Part shown: in pieces, positions 1-12,644 of the stretch
Numbering within the stretch: position 1 is the first letter of the stretch
Layout: every line of letters begins with the position of its first letter
Source: Takakia lepidozioides
Taxonomy: Eukaryota; Plantae; Bryophyta
Length of the DNA stretch: 64,000 nucleotides
Direction: 5' to 3'
Assembly (NCBI GenBank): GCA_030704615.1
Contig: CM060731.1
Location: 55,242,001-55,306,000 of the forward strand
Made by a program: the position numbers and the translations under genes
Notes under the pieces: generated by a model
What the model saw: only the letters and a program-made list of their open reading frames with translations
Databases searched by the model: none
Told to the model about the DNA's origin: nothing

Positions 1-139
1 AACACGATGAACAAATGAACACGAATTCCATAAGACGGGAAAACAGGGTGAAATGTTTTGAAGGCACTTCATCTGCTCAGACAATCTTCTCAGCTCAGCA
101 TGGATTTCCTTAATTCCGAGATGCAACCTATTATCTACA

Positions 140-445
140 GCGAGGTGTGCACCCTGTTGCAAATCTGAATGCAGCAACGACCTGGCTCCTTTCTAACCAC
201 TCTGACCTTGATCATTCTTCTCAACAACTCGTGCTTTTGCGATGCAACCATGCACTTCCAGGGCTGCCAGGCTGAAGATGCGAAAACAAACCAAAAAACG
301 AAGAAAACCGCACGTGTTACACAAAGCGAAAGAGGAAGTGGCTTGCCTGAGAGTGCTCGGCTTCAGTTGGCGCGGGTTGTGAGCAAGACAATGGAATCTC
401 CTGCTGGAGCTTAGGTTTGGCCATGCGAGAGGTTGGACGTCTCGT
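140..445. repeat. ~300-bp segment duplicated in direct orientation at ~2030-2320
   Basis: gaggtgtgcaccctgtt...aatctgaatgcagcaacgacctggctcctttctaaccac...ccatgcgagaggttggacgtc occurs at both places with scattered substitutions and indels. Confidence 0.85.
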
Positions 446-1045
446 TGCGGACTTCTCTCTTTGAGGTAGCCACTCTCTGATTCGCGGATTGTTTCGTGGA
501 AGGCGCCAGGATAGAAGGCGCATTTGGCGGGCGAATGAAGTCCCCAACAGCCCTGTATATGATGCTGTCCGATGGTGGAACTCGCCATTTCCTGCCGTCG
601 CCGAAATCATCGTGGAGCACAACAATATTTTTGACTACAACTCCGTTTGAATCCTTCCTTTCCTCCTCCAAAAATACCGACCCCGTCAGGTGGTATCAAA
701 CGCAGAGATATTTCTCCATCACCCGGCAGATCTCCACTCTGCACGGAAATGTAGCTCTATGCTCGTGAGGAGGGCAGTACACTATAGCGCTCGGGTTTTC
801 TGCCATGGGAGTTGTGCACACAAGATTGCCAGGACGACGTTCGGACAAGCGCCCTGGGAGAAGGGGGGATGCAGCGAGGGGAAGGAATGTAGGGCCGATT
901 TTTGGAAGCGACGAAGCCTATTCACGAATCCGCGGAGCCCACTCTCCCGAAAATCCACTGTTAGAGAGTTAATGAACCTTGTCTGCGGAATGCGGCCCCT
1001 GGCCTTTGCGCAATAACTGCCAACGGTATGCAGTAAGAAGGTATA
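440..1045 (-). pseudogene. Inverted, truncated copy of the MULE transposase 5' region (paralogous to ~8050-8650)
   Basis: ORF 411-671(-) EEERKDSNGVVVKNIVVLHDDFGDGRKWRVPPSDS...KREVRNE matches ORF 8264-9520(+); the flanking DNA also matches as reverse complement. Confidence 0.85.
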
Positions 1046-1222
1046 TGACCTGTGCAGATGCGCTGGGCAAACCACTCATTACGGCGTCTGACAAGAAGCA
1101 TGGGGGGGCGAGCGTGCAAGCACCTTCCCCATGGACAGAGGGAAGTGACAGAGGTGGCATTCCAGTGGGTCTGATTACAAGATTGAGTGCCAGAACCTCG
1201 TTGCCAATCGTCAACATACAAC

Positions 1223-1965
1223 AGCGGCGCCGAATTTGCAGCCGAGGCCGGTTGGACGAAGTCGTCTCGGGGGTGAGTAAGTCACCGGGCCGACAGAGAA
1301 CATCCCCCGGATTGAAAAACGGCGCCGAATTTCCATCCGAGGCCCGTTGGATGAAGTCGTCTCGGGGGGAGAGGCCAACACATGGCCGACAGAGAACATC
1401 CCCCGGATGGAAAAACGGCGCTGAATTTCCATCCGAGGCCCGTTGGATGAAGTCATCTCAGGGGGAGAGGCCGACACCTGGCCAACTAAGATCATCCCCC
1501 GGATGGAAATTTGGCGTCGTTTTTCCATCCGAGCCGGCCGGATGAAGTCGTCTCGGGGGGAGAGGCCGACACCTGGCCGACAGAGAATATCCCCCGGATG
1601 GAAAAACGGCGCCGTCCGAGGCCCGTTGGATGAAGTCGTCACGGGGGGAGAGGCCGACACCTGGCCGACTGAAATCATCCCCCGGATGGAAATTCGGCGC
1701 CGTTTTTCCATCCAAGCCGGCCGGATGAAGTCGTCTCGGGGGGAGAGGCCGACACCTGGCCGACACGGAATATCCCCTGGATGGAAATTCGGCGCCGAAT
1801 TTCCATCCGAGGCCCGTTGGATGAAGTCGTCTCGGGGGGAGAGGCCGACACATGGCCGACAGAGAACATCCCTCGGATGGAAATTCGGCGCCATTTTTCT
1901 ATCCGAGCCGGCCGGATGAAGTCGTCTCGGGGGGAGAGGCCGACACCTGGCCGACAGAGAACATC
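1223..1965. repeat. Tandem array, ~8 units of 95/96 bp, each carrying the palindrome GGATGGAAAWWCGGCGCCGWWTTTCCATCC
   Basis: ggatgaagtc anchors at 1349, 1445, 1540, 1628, 1723, 1819, 1914; two alternating unit types; related to the reverse complement of the 7.0-8.0 kb array. Confidence 0.95.
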
Positions 1966-2659
1966 CGTCGCCCGTAGTACAAAGCCTTCAGCTTCCGCCG
2001 CCTTCATTGTAATTCAGATCAGTTTCCTTGGAGGTGTGCACCCTGTTCTGGAACGCAATCTGAATGCAGCAACGACCTGGCTCCTTTCTAACCACCTTGA
2101 CCTTGATCATTCCTCTCAACAACTCGTGCTTTTGCGATGCAACCATGCGCTTCTAGGGCTGCCAGGCGGAAGATGCGAAAACAAATTAAAAAAACGAAGA
2201 AAACCGAAAGAGGAAGGGGCGGAACCTGAGAGTGCTCGGCTTCAGTTGGCGCGAGCTGTGAGCAAGACAATGGAATTTCCTGCAGAAGCTTAAGTTTGGC
2301 CATGCGAGAGGTTGGACGTCGCCCTTAGTACAAAGCCTTTAGCTTCCGCCGCGGTCTGGATTTTGGGTTTCTCTCAGGAGAGCCACGCCCTTCTCCACGC
2401 GGCATAAGTCCCAGCAAAAGAAAAAAGATGTCGCAGTATGTGTGCGTACATGCCTCGAATAGAAGTTCATCCAAGTTTAGCATTAGGTTTCCAGGGCGTA
2501 TCCCTGAAGCAAGCGCGGAATCCCTGTGTCGCCAGCCCGGTTCAAAACCGATGGCGGAGGACATTTAATGCGCAACTGCGCCATTAAATGTCGTAGGTAT
2601 GGAGGTCGGTCACAGGCGCCCACCCCCCCCCCCCCCCCCCCGAGACTTCGTCAATCGCC

Positions 2660-3175
2660 CGCTGGATGGAAAAAATTGGCGCTGAATTTCCATCCAGCGG
2701 ATGAAGTATGATGCAACGAGGCCATCCCTCCGCCAGAGCCGTTCTCATCCAGGAGACGCCGGATTTCCATCCGGCGCCGAATTTCCATCCGCCAGGTAAT
2801 TCGGAGCGCGGCTGGATGGAAAAACGGCGCCGAATTTCCATCCTGGAGGTAATTTGGAGCGCAGCCGGATGGAAATTCGGCGCCTTTTTTCCATCCGGCA
2901 TGCAATTCGGAGCGCGGCCGGATGGAAATCCGGCGCTGAATTTCCATCCTGCAGGCAATTCGGAGCGCGTCCGGATGGAAATCTGGCGCCGAATTTCCAT
3001 CCCAGAGGTAATTCGGAGCGCGGCCGGATGGAAATCCGGCGCCGAATTTCCATCCGCCAGGTAATTCGGAGCGCGGCCGGATGCAAAAACGGCGCCGAAT
3101 TTCCATCCCAGAGGTGATTCGCAGTGCGGCCGGATGGAAATCCGGCACCGAATATCCATCCGCCAGGTAATTCGA
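2660..3175. repeat. Tandem array, ~9 units of 53 bp, with the same GGCGCC-centred palindrome
   Basis: unit ggatggaaatccggcgccgaatttccatccgccaggtaattcggagcgcggcc; ggatg anchors at 2814, 2867, 2920, 2973, 3026, 3079, 3132. Confidence 0.95.
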
Positions 3176-3247
3176 AGAAAGGATCAACTCCAGGGTCTAC
3201 TTAACATACACCACAATATGAAGTGAATGCAATAGATTGATAACTTA

Positions 3248-6200
3248 CACTTTGGCCCTCTGTTCGCAACCCTGTGTACTGATGCAGAACCATTTTCAGA
3301 GGAGGACCGGGGTGACACTTTTCGGTGTCCACCTTGCCACCGCATTCTCTGTGGTCTTCCCTCTCGTGGCAAGGACAACCACACATCCAGAAGCATCCCC
3401 GCCAGCCCAAACCCGGCTTTCCAGTAGTCCTCAGTAAACCTGTTCCAGGTGGGCACACCATCCAGGCCCTCCAGCAGCTCCCCATCTGGAATGTCGAGGA
3501 GAATCATGTCGCAAGCTCTCTCCACCTCAACCCCCCCCCCCCCCCGAGTGCTCTTGCAATTCGTGCTCACAACCGTGAAGAATTCCATCATGGCTTCAAA
3601 ACCAGGGGTGTCTTTAGGCTCTGTACCGCCAGCCCTCTTCTTGGCTTTCCCCTTCTGCTCCGCCAGAGACTTGTTGTGTGCCACCTTCTTCGCCCTGGCA
3701 GCGAGAGCGTCAAGGAAGCTCTCATTAACGCATTGGATGATGGTTGGAGGTTCTAGCTTTGGCCTGTGCGTAAACGTCACCGCCGAATACCGCCGTGTAG
3801 GCTCGCCCTCAAATGCCAACTTCTTGGCAGAGCCAGTCCCACTCCGAACTGACTTGGGAACCCGGACGACCGGTGACTGGGTAGGTGCAATAGCAGTCGC
3901 AGGACCTTGAACAAAGTCGTCGTCCGAGTCACTCTCTTGGGTCCCCTCCTGCGCCTCCTCCGATGCCCCGATGGTTTTCTTCTTTTTGGGTGTTACTGCA
4001 CTCACCTGTTTCCTTGTCCTTTTCCTTTGGCCTTTACTCTTCTCATGCAATTTCTCCTGAATTCTTGCATGAGCAAGCTCTGCCGCTTTCCTGGAGTTCG
4101 CAAGCGCTTTTGCCTCTTTTGCACCCAACGGAGGCAGCGGAGCCCGGTTTCATCGGAATTCAGCATCCAGCTTCAATTAAAACTCGGATGGGTCGAGCGA
4201 GCCGGGCGGAAGGTCCACATACCAAGGGCAATCACGCAAATGTTCCAGATGCCACTCCTTCACAATATCGTCAGTGTACATGGAGTCAGCCCCAGGGTTC
4301 CTCCATGCCAGGAAGAATGGTGGCCCGAAAGACAGATGACCTTTCTCCAAAAGGGAGAACTTGCAGTACCTGCATTCATGAAAAACACAATGAGGTCCCT
4401 GAAATGCATATTCGGCACCATTTTCCCAGGTTGGGGTGGATGTGAGTGGGCCTAGAAATGGAAAAATGGCGCCGAATTTCGGTTTTCGATGACTGCCACC
4501 CTAGGGACTTAGCCATCTTGGGAGCCCTGAATTGGAAATTCGGCGCCATTTTTCCCGGTTTGGCCCGAAGATGGCTAAGTCCCAGAACCGCAATAGGGCC
4601 TAGAACTGGAAAAATGGCGCCGAATTTCCAGTTCAGGGCCAGCCACCCTAAGGACTTAGCCCGAAAATGGCTAAGTCCCTGAACGGCAATAGGGCCTAGA
4701 ACTGGAAAATGGCGCCGAATTTCCAGTTCGGGGCCAGCCAGTCTAGGGACTTAGCCCAAAAATAGCTAAGTCCCCGAACGGCAATAGGGCCTAGAACTGG
4801 AAAATGGCGCCGAATTTCCACTTCGGGGCCAGCCACCCTAGGGACTTAGCCCCAAAATGGCTAAGTCCCTGAACGGCAATAGGGCCTGGAACTGGAAAAT
4901 GGTGCCGAATTTCCACTTCAGGGCCAACCACCCTAGGGACTTAACCCCAAAATGGCTAAGTCCCTGAACGGCAATAGGGCCTGGAACTGGAAAATGGCGC
5001 CGAATTTCCAGTTCGGGGCCAGCCAGTCTAGGGACTTAGCCCGAAAATGGCTAAGTCCCTGAACGGCAATAGGGCCTAGAACTGGAAAATGGCGCCGAAT
5101 TTCCACTTCAGGGCCAGCCACCCTAGGGACTTAGCCCGAAAATGGCTAAGTCCCTGAACGGCAATAGGGCCTGGAACTGGAAAATGGCGCCGAATTTCCA
5201 GTTCAGGACCAGCCAGTCTAGGGATAGTCACATAGGCTCTCTGCTGCAGGAGATATCTCCATCTTTAACTGATGTGCTTGTGTGTCCAGCTGCTCTTGCG
5301 CATTCGTCGTCACCTGTGGAGATTCTCCATCAGATCGCTTTCCTGAAAAAATACAATGAATCCACCCCCTACTAGAGTAGAAGCCCCAAACGAAGCGTGG
5401 GGAAGTACCTGAAACCACCATGTCATGCGGTTCATCCACATGTCGAATGTGGGGTCAGAGAGTTTGTCCGGTTTGGGGAAGCTCCACATGTCCCTGGTAC
5501 TTTGGGAACCATTCCAGATTTGGAGCCACCGGGTCTGTCCAACCACCCAGCATATTCGTAAGCGCCAAACACCACAAAAAGGAGTTGTTGCCACCACAAT
5601 TTGGTAAAGAATGTATCACCTTTTCTTTTGCAACCACACAGGATGTGGCTAGACGATGGAGCTTCTCCAATAACATCGTGGGCTTCAGAGCGCGAGAGTA
5701 GTGCTTCCCCACCTCCACCAGAAAGTCGGCACCAAGGGCGGGATCAGCTATGGCCACGTACTTTACCATCCGCGACTTGTACTTTATGCGGGCCCTCACC
5801 TCCGCAGCTTTGACATACGATTCGAGTGCCGGGAGGGTTGGATTCTTCTCCTCTGACTCCATGTAGAACCTCCGCGCATGTACCAAATCCTGCTATATTT
5901 TCGTCTGTCAAGAATGCGCACATAAGATTAGAGATCCTGCTCAACACAATTTCTTCTATTGGGGGAGGAGATTAGAAATCACGGTGAAGACCTTTTTTTC
6001 TATTGGGGGAGGAGAGACAGATTAGCTCAACAAAACTGTCAGGAGCTTTACCCGAAATATGTAGTCCACCATGGCGTCGACGCTCAGCCTATACCAGGTT
6101 CTGTCTGCCTTTGCCTCCGACTTGCGCAGGAGGTCGGCACTGAGGGAATTGGCAAACTCTTGCACCCCCTGCTTCCCGACATCCTTCACTCGGAAGAGCA

Positions 6201-6640
6201 TATGGGACAAGTTGGTGGCAATGAAGGCATTCTCAGTCACCCTGCAGTGCCACATTTCCATCAAACAATACTGAAATGGGAATTTTCATCATATATGAGG
6301 ATTCGCAATGAAATGACTTCCAAATTCAAAGTCCAAAAGCAAGAGGCGTTGTAACTTACGAGTTGATGTCCGCCATTGCAGCTTTGAGAAGACTGCGATC
6401 TTTGGGCCCCGCAACCTTCAGCACAACACAATCCACGGCGAAATGCCAATCGAGGTCGTTGGGGTGGGCTTGGGCAATGTGCTCCATCCATGCCAGGAGG
6501 CGATGATTGTCGTCCCACACGTAGAACATCTTACCGGACAAGTGCTGGAAAAGAGGATCACTAGCAATCGATCTCTTGAACTCCTCATTTCGCGTTTGCC
6601 AATGGGGACCCCATTTGTCCACCTCATCGGAAGTGTGGGC
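3248..6640 (-). pseudogene. Spliced accessory gene, copy A: ParB/Srx-like domain plus N-terminal part of a beta-class DNA amino-methyltransferase-like domain (frameshifted, 3' truncated)
   Basis: Approximate exons: 6640-6360 (KMFYVWDDNHRLLAW...AMADIN), 6241-6052 (VTENAF...KADRTWY), 5890-5620, and 4400-3249 (PPFFLAW...CPWYVDLP...CDMILLDIPDG...GCVVVLA); GT-AG introns; collinear homology to copy B. Confidence 0.7.
4455..5225. repeat. Tandem array, ~8 units of 95 bp, inside the accessory gene (probably intronic); two palindromes per unit
   Basis: gggcct anchors at 4596, 4692, 4787, 4882, 4977, 5072, 5167; ACTGGAAAATGGCGCCGAATTTCCAGT and AGGGACTTAGCC-N7-GGCTAAGTCCCT. Confidence 0.95.
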
Positions 6641-6653
6641 ACTGGAAGCGGAG

Positions 6654-8030
6654 GGATGGAGATCCGGCGCCGAATTTCCATCCAGCAGGTAAGTGGAATC
6701 CCGGATGGATGGAAATCCGGCGCCGAATTTCCATCCAGCAGGTATGTCGGATCGTTAGCGTATGGATATTCGGCGCCGAATTTCCATTCGCCAAGTATTT
6801 CGAAGCGCTGAATTACCTTCCTGCAGGTAATTCTGAGCGTGTCCGATTGATTTTTCGAAACCTAACTGTTTGTTTTGTGGCTGAAGTGCACTTGTAGACA
6901 CGTTTTTCTTGGAATCCTTGACTGCTAGAGGCAAATCGGAACAGCCTCGGACGGAAATTCGGCGCCGTTTGTCCATTCTGGGAGGTTTTTACGACTTCAT
7001 TTGAGGGGGCCCCGATGGAAATTCGGCGCCGAATTTCCATCCGGGGGATGGTCTCTGTCGGAGAGGTGCCGGCCTCTCCACCGTTCTGTTGGATATTCGG
7101 TGCCGAATTTCCATCCGGGGGTTGAAATATGACGGCCAGGTGCCGGCCTCCCCCTCCCCGACTGCATTGGAACGGCCCCGGATGGAAATTCGGCGCCGTT
7201 TTTCCATCTGGGGATGTTTTTATGGCAGCCAGTTTTCGGCCTGACCCCCCGACACGACTTCCTTTGGGGGGGCCCGAATGGAAATTCGGCGTCGAATCTC
7301 CATCCAGGGGATGCTCTCTGTTGAACACGTGCCGGCCTCTACGCCCGAGGCGACTTCATCCGGGCGTCCCCTGTTGGATATTTGGTGCCGAATTTCCGTC
7401 CGGGGGTTGAAATGTGACTGCCAGGTGCCGGCCTCTCCCCCCTCCTCGACTGCATCCGAACCGCCCCGGATGGAAATTCAGCGCCGTTTTTCCATCTGGG
7501 GATGTTTTTATGGCGGCCAGTTTTCGGCCTGACCCCCCGACACGACTTCCTTTGGGGGGGCCCGGATGGAAATTCGGCGCCGAATCTCCATCCAAGGGAT
7601 GTTCTCTGTCGCACACGCGCCGGCCTCTGCGCCCGAGGCGACTTCATCCGGGCTTCCCCTGTTGTATATTCCGTGCCGAATTTCCGTCCGGGGGTTGTAA
7701 TGTGAGGGCCAGATGGCGGCCTTTCCCCCAAGCCGACTGCATCCGAAAGGCCTCGGATGGAAATTCGGCGCCGTTTTTGCATCCGCGGAGGTTTTTATGT
7801 CGGCCAGTTTTCGGCCTGACCCCCCGACAGGACTTCCTTTGGGGGGATCCGAATGGAAATTCGGCGCTGAATTTCCATCCGGGGGATGTTCTCTGTCGGA
7901 CAGGTGCCGGCATCTCTGCCCCAGACGACTTCATCCGTGCGGCCCCTGTTGGATATTGGGTGCCGAATTTCCATTCGGGGGTAGTAATGTGACGGCACGG
8001 TGCCGGCTTCTCCCCTTCAGCCGACATCAT
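6654..8030. repeat. Intergenic palindrome array: three sites 53 bp apart, then a ~288-bp higher-order repeat of three 96-bp subunits
   Basis: GGCGCC-type cores at 6666, 6719, 6772, 6961, 7025, 7099, 7192, 7288, 7384, 7480, 7576, 7672, 7767, 7863, 7959. Confidence 0.9.
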
Positions 8031-8362
8031 CCGGACGGCCCCCCACTTTCTGACTGCATACCGTTGGCAGTTATTGCGCAAAGACCAGGGGCCGCATTCC
8101 GGAGACAAGGTTCATTAACACTCTGACTGTGGATTTTTGAGATAGTTGGCTCCCTGGATTTGGATCAAGCTTCGTCGCTCAGACAAATCGGCACTGCATT
8201 CCTTCCCATCGCTGCATCCCCCTTCTACCAGGGAGCTTCCCCGCACGCCATCCTGGCAGTCTTGTGTGCACATCTCCCATGGCGGAAAACCCGAGCGCTA
8301 CAGTGTTATGCCCTCCTCACGAGCATAGAGCTTCATTTCCGTGCAGAGGGGACATCTGCCGG

Positions 8363-11300
8363 ATGATGGAGAAATATCTGTGCGTTCGATACCACCTGAA
8401 ACCGGGGTCGGTTTTTTTGGAGGAGGAAAGGAAGGACTCAAACGGCCTTGTTGTCGAGAGTATTGTTGTGCTCCACGATGATTTCGGCGATGGCAGAGAA
8501 TGGCGAGTTCCACCATCGGACAGCGTCATATACAGGGCTGTTGGGGACTTCATTTGCCCGCCAAATGCACCTTCTATCCTGGCGCCTTCCACGAAACAAT
8601 CCGCAAATCAGAGAGTGGCTACCTCAAAGAGAGAAGTCCGCAACGAAGTAAATCCAGAGCCGAATCCATCCATGAAGACGAGCGAGAACTGGGTTGTTCA
8701 CAACATGTCCGACTCAGACGAGGTCATGGAAGTTCCGAGGTCGTCCTGGAGATCAGGCAAGTCCTCAATGGACGTCAGTGGAGGAGGGAGTCATATTCCC
8801 AGCACAAGCACCGCAGTTCGATCTATTCTTAAAATTCTGCGAGGGCTTCACCTGGAGGGACACCGGTCGGAGCTGGCCGGGCTAGACTATAGCAAGTTCG
8901 CAATAAAATCGGTTACATGCCTTCCCGCCGACGTCGACGGTAATATCTTCTTTGAGTTCCCTCCTCGGGCGGACTACTCGAGGGCGTCTGGAATGTTGAC
9001 AGATATGGATAGGAAACATGACGGTCATCCTTGGTGCGTTACCAAAACCACCAGCATGAAGATGCTCGATGGTGTGCGGGTGCGCTACGTTGTTTGTGCG
9101 GGCGCGTTGCGGTGTTTCTCCCCAACTTGCTTCCACTTTAAATCCAGAGGTCACAGGAACGAGACCGATTGGACAGGCACAACTCATCAACCATTTCGAG
9201 CTGAGGAGAAGGTTTCGAACTCCACATTTAAGTGTGCGCAATGCAAAGAACCACCACACTGCATGTCTGTTTGTAATGCCAAGCAGTTCTATGTGTTGCA
9301 CCGTTTCCCTGACCTCACCCGAGCTTGCATACACGTTGGTTCCCATTGTCACAAATTGGCGAGGGGGAATTCGCGGGAGGCTGCCCACGAAGCAGAGCAG
9401 CTCGTTCAAGAGGAGGTTAAGTTGAGACCGGGTGCCAAACCCAAACAGATACAGCTCCAAGCCGCCCATAAGATGGCATTGGCCATAATTATGTCGGAAG
9501 ACGGCTCCGATAGAGGATGAGAAGGAAATGGAGGCATTGCTGGAGTCGGTGTCCCACGTATGTTCACCGAATGTCCGATACCACATTGTCTCATGCAAAG
9601 AGAAAATTGGGCGTGGCTCGGATATGCACTCCATTCTGGAGGTGAAGCGACGATGTGGATATGACTACATTCATGGAAGTAGGTTTCCAGGACAAGGGAC
9701 TGAGGCAGATCGTTGTTTCGTATTCAAAATGTCCACGTGTGGACCTGGCAGTGGCGTCAAACTGGTCGACAGGATGACGAGTGGGGACTTGTCAAACAGT
9801 TGGGTCATGTTCGACCATATCAAGCGAATTACAAATCACTAGTGGGTGACAATGGGTGCACATGTCTACGACACCCACTGCAGGATGCTAATGACAATTG
9901 CTATTTGTGAGATGAAAGGAGAGGACACACAATCGGAGATGCTTCTTTGGCAGGGAATAAACGAACAGATGGCCAAGGCGGGATTGCCCCCTCCCAATTT
10001 CCGTGGTTTCATGGTGGACAACGCACAAGCAAATTGGGCTGCCATCCGAAGGGTGTACGGGCAAGACCCCAATGTTCCCATGGAAGGCAAGGAGAGATCT
10101 TGTGGGTTCCATTTTCTTCAGAGCCTTTTGCAGTACACAACTAGGCTCGTGGCGCCAGATTTCAGAGAGGAGCACCGTTCCACGTGCCTTGCGTGGAAGC
10201 GCGCTCCCACCTTGGATGATGCAGAGACACAGTTTGCATGTATACGGGCTTGGTAGACATCGTCAGGTGCTGTAAAGAAATCAGACGAGGGAGCAATGGT
10301 CAGTTGGCTAGCATGGTGGCATTATCGTTTCCTCCAGTTCGGCGACTATATGCGGGAGGTGAGTTGCACGAATTCGCGTCCCGTTGAATATTATTCTTGG
10401 CCATATTTGTAACTTGCTTGTAACCTCAACATGTGCTTGTGCAGGAAATGTGTCTCGACTCCGACACCGACATGCCCACGACAAACATGGCCGAATCAAT
10501 GCACTCTTCCTAGCGTGCCTCCTCTGCGGCGCATCTGGTGGACATCCTCACTGCCACAACGGAGGACATTGTGAGGTCAATTATGCAGCAATGCAGGTAC
10601 AACGAGTTCTTAAAAGGGAAACAGTGGGGCTTGGGGCCGGACAGACAGGAAATGCTGATGCGGACTGCCTCTAGATCGAAGAATCCTCGGAAGTGGGCGG
10701 CGGCCTTGCGAGAGGGCCTTCGGGACACGCCATTGCTGCGAAGAGGCCAACATTTGGAAGGAGATGTTCATACCCGTCCAGTGAGACGAAGACTTGACGA
10801 GGCACCTGGCGAAGAAGAGGATTCATGGCGAGCTGACAAGAATATTCACACGCTCCCTCGTGGTCCGGTGATGTTGCCCGAGGAGGTCTCGTCGAGCACC
10901 GCAAGTCCTGCACGTTCAAGATCGTCATCTCCTTTGAGCACAGGGCGCGTGCCCCGGCAACATAACGAGCCATCTGTAGTAAAGCAGTACAACATTCCCA
11001 TTGTGGAGACAAGAGTGTCGGAGTCACAGTGGAGAATTGCGAGGACATTGCCGGCATTTCGAGGGAAGTGCTGCGCCATCCGGGTGGATACGAGAGCACG
11101 CTGTGGTGAGATGATTCGGAGGAACCCACACGGTGCTGTACCTACACCTTGTTTCAGCGGCAGATTTTTTACTCCCACATTTGCTCACGCCACAACGCAG
11201 ACATTTTGGTTCTGTAGGCACGACATAATGACCTGTGTATTTGGCAAGCCCAAGTACGGGATTCAGGGAATGTCGGAGCCTTTGGGCGTCTCGCCTGTTG

Positions 11301-11863
11301 CACCGGGTTGCAGCCTCTCTCAGAATGAGGCGGATGCTCTATCTGCAGCAGGATTTCGAATGGTGCAACGCACAGACATCCCGGCCCACGCATTTCCGGT
11401 TCCTCAGACCCAGCCATTGCAGACTGCTCGGTCCAGTAGAGACGGATTGGACAATTCTGCACATCCCACAATGCGATTCGGAATAGTGATGAGACGACAC
11501 CCTCCCAACAAGTTGAATGAGACTCGGATTGCCAATGCTCTTGGGATGGCTTGCACTATTCAGAGCTCCGTGGACGTACCCCCACCCGGCCTTGGGTGTG
11601 TGTATCGGATGGCAACGGCCGGCTCGGCTGTACGCGACGATGTATACACAATTACAATTGGAGTGGAGCCGACTTGCAATTGTACGGACTTCTCGTTGAT
11701 GGAAGCAAAGAAGGGTTCGAAGTATTATCCGTGCAAGCATCTGTATTACATTTACCTGAAGAGGTTGAGGATGAACGTGACTATTGATGACTTTATTCAT
11801 GCACCGGCGTTGAGCGTGAACGAGCTGCACAAACTCCTCCTTAGGGATTCCAGAAATCATTGA
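8363..11863 (+). pseudogene. MULE (Mutator) transposase with N-terminal GCM-like Zn domain and C-terminal SWIM finger; inactivated
   Basis: DGHPW...CAGALRC...C...CAQC...C...HVGSHCH (GCM-like); VMFDH (~9813), FMVDNAQA (~10017), CGFH (CxxH), TTNMAESMHS (~10493, catalytic E); SWIM CNC...PCKH; intron 10359-10444; frameshift near 9520 and TAG stops at 9840, 10254, 10511; start codon uncertain. Confidence 0.85.
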
Positions 11864-12014
11864 TGGGGCAAAGGGAATCCTCCATATGTATATTTTCAAT
11901 TGCATTTTGTTGTATCAGATTTTTGTTTGCAGTGTAATGAAATGCACCCCAAAACTCCTGGAATGAGGCAATATTCCATTCAAATTGAGATCCAACAGAA
12001 GCAGTTGTAGGGCC

Positions 12015-12460
12015 ATTTCTGGGAAAATGGCGCCGAATTTCTCTTTTTGGGGCCGAAAACTGGCTTAGTCCCAACATGCACTGGTACCTGTGTCTGGGAA
12101 AATGGCGCCGAATTTCTCTTTTTTGGGCCGAAAACTGGCTAAGTTCCAACATGCACTGGTATCGTGTCTGGAAAAATGGCGCCGAATTTCTCTTTTTTGG
12201 GCCGAAAACTGGCTAAGTCCCAACATGCACTGGTACAGTGTCTGGAAAAATGGCGCCAAATTTCCCTATTTTGCGCCGAAAACTGGCTAAGTCCAAACAT
12301 GCACTAGAAAAATGGCGTCGAATTACCTGTCATGAGGGGACCTATAGCCGCGGAATTCGGCACCATTTTTCGCCAGAGAGACCTATTACCGCGAAATACG
12401 TCGCCGTTTTTTCAGGTTACGGACCCTATTACCGCGAAATTCGGCGCCATATTTGCACAT
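12015..12460. repeat. Subterminal array, 74-75-bp units with AAAATGGCGCCGAATTT, followed by degenerate sites
   Basis: cores at 12029, 12104, 12178, 12252, 12314. Confidence 0.9.
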
Positions 12461-12644
12461 GTCGCTGGGAATTGGCATGAGCGGAAGACGAAATATCATG
12501 AGCACAACTGTCAAAACTACAATTTTCCCTTCAAGGGGCCGAATAATATATTTGTTTTTCCTGACACATTGCATTAAATTAATGTTTTTTATTGTTTTTT
12601 TTTCTTTCGAAATTTGTACTTCTGCTCATGAAAACCGATTGTCT

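Noticed and set aside
979-3187. Many ORFs with repeated MEIRRRISIR / GWKFGAEFPS peptides (also 6.4-8.1 kb and 12 kb)
   Set aside because: They are translations of the palindromic tandem repeats, open in several frames on both strands.
1223-8030. CRISPR array interpretation of the regularly spaced ~30-bp palindromes
   Set aside because: The spacers within each array are near-identical rather than unique, no cas genes are present, and the context is eukaryotic.
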